A DNA stretch of 64,000 nt from Bacteroidota bacterium (GTDB taxonomy: Bacteria > Bacteroidota > Bacteroidia > AKYH767-A > OLB10). Location of the stretch: NCBI GenBank assembly GCA_046303115.1, contig JBKCGZ010000143.1:19323-83322 (forward strand), in the 5' to 3' direction. A program made the translations under genes and the position numbers. Within the stretch, counting starts at the first letter, position 1; each line of letters begins with the position of its first letter. Below are positions 41,964 to 51,016 of the stretch, piece by piece. Under the pieces are notes generated by a model, which had not been told where the DNA came from, did not search any database, and saw only the letters and a list, made by a program, of their open reading frames with translations.

Positions 41964-41971
41964 TCTAACAT

Positions 41972-42211
41972 ATGTTTTTAGAAATTATAACACCTGATAA
42001 AAAGGTTTTCGAAGGAGAAGTAGATTCTGTTTCGGTTCCGGGATCTAAAGGATCTTTTCAAATGTTGAATAACCATGCTTCTATTATTTCCACACTAATC
42101 AATGGAAAAGTAAAAGTAAATAGCAAGAACGGAGAAGAATCTTTTGATGTTAAAAGCGGTGTTGTTGAAATGCTAAACAACAAAGTAATTATTCTTGCAG
42201 AATCAGTTTAA
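41972..42211 (+). CDS. atpC: F0F1 ATP synthase subunit epsilon (short form, beta-sandwich domain only)
   Basis: 79 aa. LEIITPDKKVFEGEVDSVSVPGSKGSFQMLNNHA. Follows atpD by 8 nt. Confidence 0.9.
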   Translation: MFLEIITPDKKVFEGEVDSVSVPGSKGSFQMLNNHASIISTLINGKVKVNSKNGEESFDVKSGVVEMLNNKVIILAESV

Positions 42212-42234
42212 TTATTTCACCGAATAAAAAAAGA

Positions 42235-42266
42235 AAAGCGATACCTAATGGTGTCGCTTTTTTTTT
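42235..42266 (+). terminator. Intrinsic terminator after atpC
   Basis: AGCGATACC / GGTGTCGCT stem (one G-U pair) with a TAAT loop, followed by T9. Confidence 0.8.
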
Positions 42267-42344
42267 GAAACTATTCACCCCAATTTTGACTCTAACCGCA
42301 AACTTTATTAATCCTTGTTAAATTTATTCGTTATATTTGATTAG

Positions 42345-45300
42345 ATGAAAAAATACTGTTACCTAATTTTATTCTTTGGGATACCATTGCTTTCGCAAGG
42401 GCAGCTTACAACATCATCAGCTAATACAGTGAATTTTTTAATACAAAATGTATTAGTTGGTTCTCCTTCCGTATATGTTTCCAATGTGTCATATGTTGGA
42501 GCACCAACTGCCAGAGGTACTTTTAACTGTGTGGGTGCATGTAATGTAGGAATAGGTAGTGGAATGCTTCTTACCACTGGTAATGTAAACAAGGCTATTG
42601 GGCCAAACAACAACACTGGGGCAGGACAAGGGAATAATACGCCAGGCGATCCAGACCTATTAGGTTTAGCACCTGGGTCAAATAGCCCAACAGATGCAGC
42701 TGTTATTCAATTTGATTTTATGGTGCCCAACGACTCCATTAAATTTAAATACGTTTGGGGTTCTGAAGAATATCACGACTATGTAACTTCCAATTGCAAC
42801 GATGTATTTGGTTTTTTTGTAAGTGGTCCTAGAATAACAGGAAAAAAGAATATTGCATTAATACCTGGAACAACAACACCAATCAGTATTAACAATGTTA
42901 ACAACGGGCAATCATTTGCAGGTCCTAGTACAGGACCTTGTACCAATTGCCAATACTTTGTGGATAATTTTGGCAGTAGCACAATTCAGTATGATGGAAT
43001 GACTACAGTTCTTACTGCAGGAACTGATGTTTGTCCTTGCGAAGTTTACACATTAAAACTTGCAACTCAGGATTTTTGTGATCCTAATTTCGACTCAGGT
43101 GTATTTTTTGAAGGGGGAAGCTTTCAGCCATCGGGAGAAATTCCGATTTTAAATGCATTAACTGGTCAAGCAATCGCTGCTACAGATACTGTATTTATTT
43201 GCCCTGGGGATTCATTCGCTGTTACATTACCTGCATGTCGTAATCCCGTGTGGTCAAATGGTGATACAACAATGACTTTATGGATTACACAACCAGGAAC
43301 CTATTATGGAACGATTAGCAATACAATCGGGACTAGTTTCTGCTTTGCATTCTCCACTATTATACAAGTTGTGAGCTCTATTCCAAATGCAACTATTGCT
43401 GTTAATGGAAATTTGAACTTATGTCCGAATGATAGCGTTATTTTAACCGCATCTAATGGTACCGCATATTTATGGTCGAATGGTGCAACGACTCAAAGCA
43501 TAGTTGTAAATAATGCGGGCACCTACTCATGTACGGTAAGTTACAATGGCTCATGCGATGCATTTACAAATCCGGTAATTATTACACAAAGTGGAACACC
43601 TGCAGTAATTAACACTTCAGGACCTTTGACATTTTGTAGTGGTGGAAGTGTCACTTTAAATGCAGCTGCAGCTCCGAGTTATCAATGGTCGACTGGATCG
43701 AATGCATCATCGATAACAGTAAATTCATCAGGAACGTATACGCTTACCGTTAGTGATAATGGATGTATTGCAAATTCATCTGTCAATGTTTTTGTAAATC
43801 CTAACCCTACACCATTAATCACAGGTCCGATTAATTCATGTCCTGGATTTAATGTACAACTATCGACTGGTGCATATTCGAATTATTTATGGTCGACAGG
43901 TGTTAATACATCAACATTAAACACAACTACAAGCGGAACTTTTACAGTTACTGTAACGGATGCAAATGGATGTACAGGTCAAAACTCACATGTGGTTAAC
44001 TTTTATTCTGCTCCCACTCCAAGTATCTCTGGAGGGTTACAAATATGCGCAGGTAACAACAGTACATTATCATCAAACGGAATTTATTCCCAGTATTTAT
44101 GGAATAATGGTAGTAGTAGCTCATCAATAAGCGTAAATACTTCTGGCCCGTATACACTTACCGTAACAGACAATAATAATTGTACAGCTTCCACAACTGT
44201 CAACTTTACTGTTAACCCGCTACCAATTGCAAGCATCAGTGGAGCAACAGTCATCTGCAATGGTACAAATACAACATTCACTGCAAGTCCTGCAGGACTA
44301 AATTACTTGTGGAACAATGGTGCAACCAGCAATTCAATTAATGTATCCAATGCTGGAAATTATTCCGTAACAGTAACAGATAATAATGGATGTAGCAATC
44401 AAGCAAACACTCAACTAACGGTAACGAATAACCCCACGCCTATTATAACTGGATTAACCACAGCATGTCAAGGGCAAAGTGTTTTATTGGATGCAGGATC
44501 CTATGCAGGATATTCTTGGTCGAATGGCACTACATCTCAAACTATTTCAGTTACATCGAGCGGAACATATACGGTAACAGTAACAATCAACGGTGGCTGT
44601 ACGGGAAGCGCTTCACAACAAATTACAATTAACCCATTACCGACACCTACTATTAGTGGAACATTAGCAATTTGCGCAGGACTATCCACTCAATTATCAT
44701 CCAGCTTAGCGTATAGCAATTACCAATGGAGCACGGGAGCAAATTCTAATTCAATAACGGCAGCTACTCCTGGTAATTACGGATTAACGGTAACTGATAA
44801 CAATGGCTGTAGTGGTAGCACATCCGTTCAATTGAATAATTATCCATTACCAACGCCAACTTTACCTGCATCAGTTAGTATTTGTGCTGGAGATTCAACA
44901 AGTTTATCACCTGGAAATTATTCTAATTATAGTTGGAATAACGGTTTAAGTAGTTCAAGTATATACATTAATACTGCTGGTTTGTATATTGTAGAAGTTA
45001 CAGATGCCAATGGTTGCAAAAACAGCGATACAACTACCCTTACTGTAAACAACCTTCCTAATCCCGTTATCACTGGGCCATCCTCTACATGTATTAATAT
45101 CCCAGCAGCATTAAATGCTGGAAGTGGCTATTCACAGTATTTATGGTCAACAGGAGAACCTACATCAACAATCCAAACGAATGTAGGTGGTAATTACATA
45201 GTAACGGTGACGGATATACGCGGATGTAAAAATACTGCCAATTTCAATTTGACTGTTTATCCTTTAGCAGACTTAGCAATTACTGGTGATAAAGATATTT

Positions 45301-46244
45301 GTGAAGGAGAATCAACAATAATAACCGGAATTCCTGGTCAAGGGACTTATCTATGGTCAACAGGAGAAACAACTCCTGCAATCAACCTAAACCAGACAGG
45401 AATTTACACCTTAACAATTACTACCAATAATGGATGTATTAGCTCTTCAAGCTATAGTGTTAATGTACATCCTAATCCTAAAGTGAATTATTCTTATTTT
45501 CAAAAGATCAGTTGTGAGTCGATAGGAATTCAAATTGTCAACTCATCTACATTTGATCAGGGATCAGTATTCACATGGACTTTTGGTGATGGAAATGGAG
45601 GCAATGGTGCGACTCCTTCACATGTATATGCAGACACAGGTAGCTACATGACTACCTGCGTTATTACAAGTCCGTGGGGATGCACAGGCATTGATTCATT
45701 AACTGTACAACTAAATACGCCTCCTTTACCAGAGGCAGGATTTATAAAGTCGAATGCAGTAGTAAGTATTTTCAACTCAGAAGTTCAGTTTTTAAACAAA
45801 TCGAAAAACGCAACCAATTACAAATGGAGTTTTGGCGATGACCAATCATCAACCGATGCTAATCCCACACATAAATACGATCGAGTTGGAACACATGTAG
45901 TAAAACTCATTGCATATAACGATGCATCATGCTATGATGAATATGAAGAAACCATTGAAGTAGTTCAGTTTTTTGTTCCAAATAGTTTTACCCCGAATAA
46001 TGACGGTAAAAATGATGTGTTCTTCGATGGCACACCAGCAATCAATGTCAATTCATATAATATGAAAGTGATAAACCGTTTAGGCGGCGTAATTTATGAA
46101 TCGGATTCTTATTACCAACCATGGGATGGCAATATGCCTGATGGGACTCCTGCTCCAGAAGGTGTTTTTGCTTATGTCATTCACATCCTTTCAGAGAACA
46201 ATAAAGTGTACGATTTTAAAGGCACGTTTAGTTTAATTCGTTAA
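42345..46244 (+). CDS. Large T9SS cargo/adhesin: choice-of-anchor-L-like N-domain, 11 tandem ~70-aa Cys-containing repeats, 2 PKD-like domains, type B (gliding-motility-associated, CHU_C) C-terminal domain
   Basis: 1299 aa with a signal peptide. N-domain motifs are GDPDL, VFGFFVSGP and IQYDGMT. The repeat consensus is xxPxPxISGxxxxCxGxxxxLxxxxxxxYxWSxGxxxxxIxVxxxGxYTVTVTDxNGC. PKD-like WTFGDG...PSHVY and WSFGDD...PTHKY. The C-terminus FFVPNSFTPNNDGKNDVF is the type B sorting domain signature. Confidence 0.85.
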   Translation: MKKYCYLILFFGIPLLSQGQLTTSSANTVNFLIQNVLVGSPSVYVSNVSYVGAPTARGTFNCVGACNVGIGSGMLLTTGNVNKAIGPNNNTGAGQGNNTPGDPDLLGLAPGSNSPTDAAVIQFDFMVPNDSIKFKYVWGSEEYHDYVTSNCNDVFGFFVSGPRITGKKNIALIPGTTTPISINNVNNGQSFAGPSTGPCTNCQYFVDNFGSSTIQYDGMTTVLTAGTDVCPCEVYTLKLATQDFCDPNFDSGVFFEGGSFQPSGEIPILNALTGQAIAATDTVFICPGDSFAVTLPACRNPVWSNGDTTMTLWITQPGTYYGTISNTIGTSFCFAFSTIIQVVSSIPNATIAVNGNLNLCPNDSVILTASNGTAYLWSNGATTQSIVVNNAGTYSCTVSYNGSCDAFTNPVIITQSGTPAVINTSGPLTFCSGGSVTLNAAAAPSYQWSTGSNASSITVNSSGTYTLTVSDNGCIANSSVNVFVNPNPTPLITGPINSCPGFNVQLSTGAYSNYLWSTGVNTSTLNTTTSGTFTVTVTDANGCTGQNSHVVNFYSAPTPSISGGLQICAGNNSTLSSNGIYSQYLWNNGSSSSSISVNTSGPYTLTVTDNNNCTASTTVNFTVNPLPIASISGATVICNGTNTTFTASPAGLNYLWNNGATSNSINVSNAGNYSVTVTDNNGCSNQANTQLTVTNNPTPIITGLTTACQGQSVLLDAGSYAGYSWSNGTTSQTISVTSSGTYTVTVTINGGCTGSASQQITINPLPTPTISGTLAICAGLSTQLSSSLAYSNYQWSTGANSNSITAATPGNYGLTVTDNNGCSGSTSVQLNNYPLPTPTLPASVSICAGDSTSLSPGNYSNYSWNNGLSSSSIYINTAGLYIVEVTDANGCKNSDTTTLTVNNLPNPVITGPSSTCINIPAALNAGSGYSQYLWSTGEPTSTIQTNVGGNYIVTVTDIRGCKNTANFNLTVYPLADLAITGDKDICEGESTIITGIPGQGTYLWSTGETTPAINLNQTGIYTLTITTNNGCISSSSYSVNVHPNPKVNYSYFQKISCESIGIQIVNSSTFDQGSVFTWTFGDGNGGNGATPSHVYADTGSYMTTCVITSPWGCTGIDSLTVQLNTPPLPEAGFIKSNAVVSIFNSEVQFLNKSKNATNYKWSFGDDQSSTDANPTHKYDRVGTHVVKLIAYNDASCYDEYEETIEVVQFFVPNSFTPNNDGKNDVFFDGTPAINVNSYNMKVINRLGGVIYESDSYYQPWDGNMPDGTPAPEGVFAYVIHILSENNKVYDFKGTFSLIR
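43180..45470 (+). repeat. Eleven in-frame tandem repeats of ~210 bp within the adhesin gene
   Basis: Protein-level periodicity with a conserved Cys pair, a Y-x-W-S/N-x-G motif and a TVTD-x-NGC motif in each unit. The boundaries are approximate. Confidence 0.75.
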
Positions 46245-46340
46245 TTGACTTGATTAAGTCCAATTTTGCCTTTTTCGGTAGAAGTAATTGTTTATATTTT
46301 CTGAATTTTGTTTCTTTAGAATCAGATAAAAATATTAACC

Positions 46341-47582
46341 ATGAAAAGAAAATTACTTATAGTTGTTTTTTGCATTGTAAGTTTTGCTAGTTATTCGCAA
46401 ACAATCAAAGTATTATTTGATGCAAAAAAGGCCGAGATGGCTGCTAATACAGATTGGGTTGTAGATGCCGATTTATATAATATTGGTACGGGAACAGGAG
46501 GTATAATGACCGTGGGTGCTGGTAATGAAGCCAATCCTCAGCGTTACCCTACTCCAGCACAAAGTGGGATTACTTCTACAACTGCAGAAACATATTGGAA
46601 AGGGGCATTATCTTCTTGGGGTGTTGCCTGTGCAAAGTTGGGTTATACGGTAGAAACACTTCCTAATAGCGGAACGATTTCATACGGCAATACTGCCAAC
46701 GCTCAAGATTTAGTAAACTACAAAGTTTATGTTGTTTGTGAGCCAAACATTAAGTACACAACGGCAGAAAAAACAGCACTCATGCAATTCGTTCAAAATG
46801 GAGGCGGTTTATTCATAATAGCAAATCATAATAATTCAGACAGAAATAATGATGGATGGGACGCATTAAAAATCTGGAACGATTTCTTTAGCACGAACGG
46901 AATAAAAGTAAATCCTTTCGGATTCACCTTCGACCTTTCTAATTTTTCTCAAACAACAACAAATTTTGCAAATCTTCCTACCAACACAATACTTCACGGT
47001 TCTGCTGGAAATCCATATCGAATGAAATTTTCAAGTGGAACCTCTATGACCCTAAATAAAACAGCAAATTCAAACGTGTTAGGATTAGTTTATAAAACAG
47101 GTTCTTCTACAACTGGCTTAACAGGATGTATGTTTGCAAGTTCTAAATACGGAAATGGTAAAGTTGTAAGTATTGGTGATAGTTCACCTCCAGATGATGG
47201 AACAGGCGATACTGGCGATGCCTTATATACGGGATGGAGTGTTGATGCCGGAGGCGATCATGCACGAATTATTATGAATGCTACAATCTGGTTGACAAAT
47301 ACAGCAGCTCGTTTTGGCGATGAGGAGACTAGTAATTTCGTAAACGTCTGGCCTAATCCATTCAATGAAGAATTGAATGTAAGTTTTTTAAATGACAATA
47401 TTGAGACTGCAGTTATTTCATTGTATGACTTAAGTGGAAGAATGATTTCAACTCAAGAATACCAAACAATGGATGGAGTTAATCAAATTACTGTTGCTGG
47501 TAATGAATTATCAAAAGGATCTTATATCGTTACTATTTCAAAAGGTGGTAATATGATTAGCAAGAAAGTGATGAAATTTTAA
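46341..47582 (+). CDS. T9SS type A sorting-domain protein with an N-terminal domain of unknown function
   Basis: 413 aa with a signal peptide. The C-terminal ~80 aa (VWPNPFNEELNVSF...GSYIVTISKGGNMISKKVMKF) are a Por_Secre_tail-type CTD. The body has a possible GATase1/ThuA-like segment (VYVVCEPN...FVQNGGGLFIIANHN). Confidence 0.7.
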   Translation: MKRKLLIVVFCIVSFASYSQTIKVLFDAKKAEMAANTDWVVDADLYNIGTGTGGIMTVGAGNEANPQRYPTPAQSGITSTTAETYWKGALSSWGVACAKLGYTVETLPNSGTISYGNTANAQDLVNYKVYVVCEPNIKYTTAEKTALMQFVQNGGGLFIIANHNNSDRNNDGWDALKIWNDFFSTNGIKVNPFGFTFDLSNFSQTTTNFANLPTNTILHGSAGNPYRMKFSSGTSMTLNKTANSNVLGLVYKTGSSTTGLTGCMFASSKYGNGKVVSIGDSSPPDDGTGDTGDALYTGWSVDAGGDHARIIMNATIWLTNTAARFGDEETSNFVNVWPNPFNEELNVSFLNDNIETAVISLYDLSGRMISTQEYQTMDGVNQITVAGNELSKGSYIVTISKGGNMISKKVMKF

Positions 47583-47589
47583 TTTCATA

Positions 47590-47617
47590 AAAAAAGGGAC
47601 TTCGGACCCTTTTTTAT
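47590..47617 (+). terminator. Probable intrinsic terminator
   Basis: AAAAAGGGAC-TTCG-GACCCTTTTTT: a GGG/CCC plus C-G stem closing a TTCG tetraloop, with one A-A mismatch, followed by a T-run. Confidence 0.5.
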
Positions 47618-47632
47618 TTTGAACATATATCG

Positions 47633-47648
47633 TAATATTGCAATATTA
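47633..47648. promoter_or_regulatory. 16-bp perfect palindrome TAATATTGCAATATTA, candidate ArsR operator
   Basis: Ends 7 nt upstream of the arsR ATG, so it overlaps the expected promoter/TSS. ArsR/SmtB repressors typically autoregulate through AT-rich inverted repeats placed like this. Confidence 0.4.
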
Positions 47649-47655
47649 AAATACA

Positions 47656-47988
47656 ATGGGAATAACTAAATCGGAACATTATACTACTAAACAAAATCAG
47701 CTTGCAGTTTTGTTAAAAGCAATTGCTCATCCTGCTCGCATTGCAATTATTGAATATTTATTAAAAAAAGAAGAATGTATCTGTAATGATTTAGTTAATC
47801 ATCTTCCGCTCTCCCAGCCTACCGTTTCACAGCATTTAAAAGAATTAAAAAACGCTGGAATCATTAAAGGAAGTATTGAAGGAACTTCTGTTTGTTATTG
47901 TCTTGATGAAAAGTCGATGGCGATAATAGAAAACTATTTTTCAATTATGAATAATAAACTCAAACAAACAAAATCGAACTGTTGCTAA
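47656..47988 (+). CDS. arsR: ArsR/SmtB-family metalloregulator
   Basis: 110 aa. Winged HTH (LAHPARIAIIEYLL, QPTVSQHLKELKNAGII) and a CxC site in ECICNDL at the position of the R773 ArsR ELCVCDL As(III) site. The C-terminus ends ...KSNCC. Confidence 0.85.
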   Translation: MGITKSEHYTTKQNQLAVLLKAIAHPARIAIIEYLLKKEECICNDLVNHLPLSQPTVSQHLKELKNAGIIKGSIEGTSVCYCLDEKSMAIIENYFSIMNNKLKQTKSNCC

Positions 47989-47997
47989 AACATTTTT

Positions 47998-48462
47998 ATG
48001 AAAATATCTGAATTTCTTTATGCCCTATCTGGATTAGAATCGTTGGTTATTACCAATGAAAACGGCCAGCCTATCCCCGCTCATTTTCATGTTACGGAAG
48101 TTGGACAAACAACAAAGAACTATATTGATTGCGGAGGAACGGTGAGAGAAGATAAATGTATATCCATGCAATTATGGGTTGCTGAAGATGTTGACCATCG
48201 CTTATCGCCGCAAAAGTTAGCCACCATCATTTTACAATCAGCTAATCTGTGGAATCAAGAGGATTTACCAATAGAAATGGAGTATCAAGAAAATACTATT
48301 GGAAGATACGATGTAGCATTTAGCAACGGAACTTTTCAATTAATATCAAAGCAAACAGCCTGTTTAGCTCCAGACCAATGTGGCATACCTCAAGAAAAAA
48401 CAAAAGTAAAATTATCAGAACTGAATACAACAACTTGTAAACCTGGCAGTGGTTGCTGCTAA
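47998..48462 (+). CDS. DUF6428-family protein (ars-operon-associated, function unknown) with a Cys-rich tail
   Basis: 154 aa. PAHFHVTEVG cupin-like motif. The C-terminus ends ...TTCKPGSGCC. Lies 9 nt after arsR. Confidence 0.65.
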   Translation: MKISEFLYALSGLESLVITNENGQPIPAHFHVTEVGQTTKNYIDCGGTVREDKCISMQLWVAEDVDHRLSPQKLATIILQSANLWNQEDLPIEMEYQENTIGRYDVAFSNGTFQLISKQTACLAPDQCGIPQEKTKVKLSELNTTTCKPGSGCC

Positions 48463-48468
48463 ACAAAT

Positions 48469-48591
48469 ATGGAATTAGTAAGAAAATACAAAAAACCAAT
48501 TGTAATTATTGCTGGCCTTATTGCTTTGAATATTGCGTATGGCTTCGACCCTCGATTTACTCTCATTAACCTTCTATGGCTATTGGTATGA
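48469..48591 (+). CDS. Unannotated 40-codon membrane smORF, translationally coupled to arsC
   Basis: Below the ORF-track size cut-off. Own translation: MELVRKYKKPIVIIAGLIALNIAYGFDPRFTLINLLWLLV. It starts 6 nt after the DUF6428 stop. Its TGA overlaps the arsC ATG as ATGA (48588-48591). Hydrophobic, with one or two TM segments. Confidence 0.5.
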   Translation: MELVRKYKKPIVIIAGLIALNIAYGFDPRFTLINLLWLLV

Positions 48592-49007
48592 AAAAGAATA
48601 TTCTTGTTTTATGCACGGGCAATAGCTGTCGTAGTCAGATGGCGCATGGATACCTACAACATTTTTATGGTAATAAAATGAATGTGTACAGTGCGGGAAT
48701 AGAAACCCATGGAGTTAATCCGAGAGCCATTGCAATTATGAAAGAAGATGATATTGATATTTCGAATCACACTTCTAACAACGTTAATGAGTATTTAGAA
48801 ATCCCGTTTGATTTCATCCTTACAGTATGCGATCACGCAGCAGAAAATTGTCCGTATATACCAGGCAATGCTATTCGAATTCATCATTCCTTTTCAGATC
48901 CATCAAAACTACACGGAACAGAAGATGAAATACATCAAGCCTTTGAGAAAACTCGAAATGAGATTAAAGAATACTGTGCTAATTTGAAAGATAAAATCAA
49001 CGCGTAA
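48588..49007 (+). CDS. arsC: Arsenate reductase, LMW-PTP / thioredoxin-coupled type
   Basis: CTGNSCRSQMA (CX5R P-loop) plus the downstream Cys pair in VCDHAAENCP, as in the Staphylococcus/Bacillus ArsC class. The start was taken at MKKNILVL; the ORF track opens 12 nt earlier. Confidence 0.85.
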   Translation: MKKNILVLCTGNSCRSQMAHGYLQHFYGNKMNVYSAGIETHGVNPRAIAIMKEDDIDISNHTSNNVNEYLEIPFDFILTVCDHAAENCPYIPGNAIRIHHSFSDPSKLHGTEDEIHQAFEKTRNEIKEYCANLKDKINA

Positions 49008-49997
49008 TTAAAATACTATACCGCAGATAACAATCTTACGCATTTTTAATTCTTGTCCTGGAGTTAAAGCAGTACCAGGAATAATATTATTCATCTGATA
49101 AAGTTTTTTCTGACGAACACCGTATGCTTGTGCAATATCATACATTGTTTCACCTTCACGAATGGTATAAGTTTCTACCTCTGCTCTACCCTTTTTAGGT
49201 TTTACGAAAACGATATCGCCAATATGTAGAATGTCATTTTTCTCAGCTTCATTATACTCTAAAATTTGCCATAATTCTAGATTATATTGCTTAGCTATTT
49301 TTAAATAGGAGTCTGATTTTTCAACGTAAACGAAAGGAATATTATTAATCGTTGCTAAACCATTTAATACTTTCACACGTGGAGTAATTTTTACTTTAAT
49401 CGGTTTGTTATCTTCATTCACCACCTCTTTTTTCTTCTCCTTGTGCTTCTCTTCTTTGTTATCGGCAATTGGCAAAGGCGTACCTCCCTGATCTAAAACC
49501 TGCAGATTATAACGCTCGATTATTTCAATTAATTTATCTGCATAAGCAGGATTTGTTGCGTAACCGGCTTGCTTCAATCCTTTAGCCCAACCTTTATAAT
49601 CATCGATTTGTAAATCAAATAGGAACTTATAGCGATCGCGGGTTCGCAAAAAATTACTGTGATCATCATACGATTCTTCTACTGAAGTATACTTACGAAA
49701 ACATTCATTGGGTGCATCATCATCCATGTAGTAGGTATCACCACCCCAATCTTTATGACACTTAACACCAAAATGATTTTTTGCCACTTTCGCGAGGGAA
49801 CTATTTCCATAATCAGACTCAAACATTCCTTGGGCCATGGTTATAGAAGCAGGCACTCCTGTCTTTTTCATATCAGCAATTGCTGCTTCTTTAAACTGTG
49901 CGATGTACTGTTCAGCTGTTAAACGAGGTTCATCTTGAGCAAATGAATAAGAACTAACTAAAGTTATAAGACTTAATAGAAGGGCAAACTTTTTCAT
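49008..49997 (-). CDS. Peptidoglycan hydrolase: glucosaminidase (GH73-like) domain + two LysM domains
   Basis: 329 aa with a signal peptide. ITMAQGMFESDYGNSSLA glucosaminidase motif. The C-terminal half has two LysM-like units (YVEKSDSYLKIAKQY..., YTIREGETMYDIAQAYG...). Confidence 0.75.
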   Translation of the reverse strand: MKKFALLLSLITLVSSYSFAQDEPRLTAEQYIAQFKEAAIADMKKTGVPASITMAQGMFESDYGNSSLAKVAKNHFGVKCHKDWGGDTYYMDDDAPNECFRKYTSVEESYDDHSNFLRTRDRYKFLFDLQIDDYKGWAKGLKQAGYATNPAYADKLIEIIERYNLQVLDQGGTPLPIADNKEEKHKEKKKEVVNEDNKPIKVKITPRVKVLNGLATINNIPFVYVEKSDSYLKIAKQYNLELWQILEYNEAEKNDILHIGDIVFVKPKKGRAEVETYTIREGETMYDIAQAYGVRQKKLYQMNNIIPGTALTPGQELKMRKIVICGIVF

Positions 49998-50064
49998 AAC
50001 TCAAAGTTACAACAGATTGAAAATAGATTAACAGTTGTAAAACGTGTTAATCAACATGGTATTG

Positions 50065-50997
50065 TTAATCGATATGCAGGTATTGCAAACCACCTGTATG
50101 AATCGCCAATAGGTTATCATTACTTGAAAAAAATCCATTCGTAACCATATCATAGATAGCCCAAAACATTTTTCCAGTGTAAATAGGCTCAATTTCAAAA
50201 TCGTTAAGCTGATTAAAATCGCTGACAAATCGAATTAGATTTTCAGGAACTTTAGCATAACCCCCATGATGATAGCCATCGTGAATTTTGTAATTGGAAA
50301 ATATTTTATTTGTAGATGAATTCGCTAAAAACTGTTCAAGATTATTTTGAAGATAATCGACAGCTTTTAGCACAGCAATTCCGTGGATTGCTTGACTTGA
50401 ATTTGCACCTCTAACAATTCCAGCCATAGTAGCACCAGTTGCGATGGGTAAAACAACATGGTTATAATCAGCAGGAATTAAATCTGCGATTTTCTCACAA
50501 CCTTTTACAGCCAACTGATTGGAGCCTCCTTCGGGAAGGATTAATCGATTTTCAAATTGATTAAAAAACTCATGATTAAAATTCTCGCATAAGTCGCGAT
50601 ATAGTTGCGAATGCACGAAATTAATTTCAACCCCTAATTTACGTAAACGCGCTAGCGTTATGCTTCTTTCAACCATACTTTCATCACCACGAACCATGGC
50701 AATAAAACGCTTTTCAGGAAACTGACTTTTTAATGAAGCGAATGCAGCCAGGTGATTTGAAAAGGAACCTCCGAAGGTGATTATGGTTTGATGGTTTTCT
50801 TTTTTTACTTCGTCGATATTGAACAACAACTTAAAAAACTTATTCCCACCTAAATTTAAATCGATTGCATCCAAACGCAAGACAAAAACATTGCTGATAT
50901 CTGAATCAGGGAATGTTACTTTTTGAATGGGGATAAATTGATGTTGGAGCATGGAGGGTAAAAATAAGGGATTAGATTGAATTTTAATTTTAATCAT
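50065..50997 (-). CDS. PLP-dependent ACC deaminase / D-cysteine desulfhydrase family protein
   Basis: 310 aa. The GGNKFFKL motif (canonical GGNKxRKL, containing the PLP Lys) and the C-terminal IHTGG. The true start may be the internal MLQHQF. Confidence 0.65.
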   Translation of the reverse strand: MIKIKIQSNPLFLPSMLQHQFIPIQKVTFPDSDISNVFVLRLDAIDLNLGGNKFFKLLFNIDEVKKENHQTIITFGGSFSNHLAAFASLKSQFPEKRFIAMVRGDESMVERSITLARLRKLGVEINFVHSQLYRDLCENFNHEFFNQFENRLILPEGGSNQLAVKGCEKIADLIPADYNHVVLPIATGATMAGIVRGANSSQAIHGIAVLKAVDYLQNNLEQFLANSSTNKIFSNYKIHDGYHHGGYAKVPENLIRFVSDFNQLNDFEIEPIYTGKMFWAIYDMVTNGFFSSNDNLLAIHTGGLQYLHID

Positions 50998-51016
50998 CGT
51001 ATCTTTTCGTCCCGCA

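Noticed and set aside
50028-50228. 66-aa minus-strand ORF overlapping the 3' end of the ACC-deaminase-like gene
   Set aside because: It is an out-of-frame overlap with a motif-supported CDS, with a low-complexity translation.
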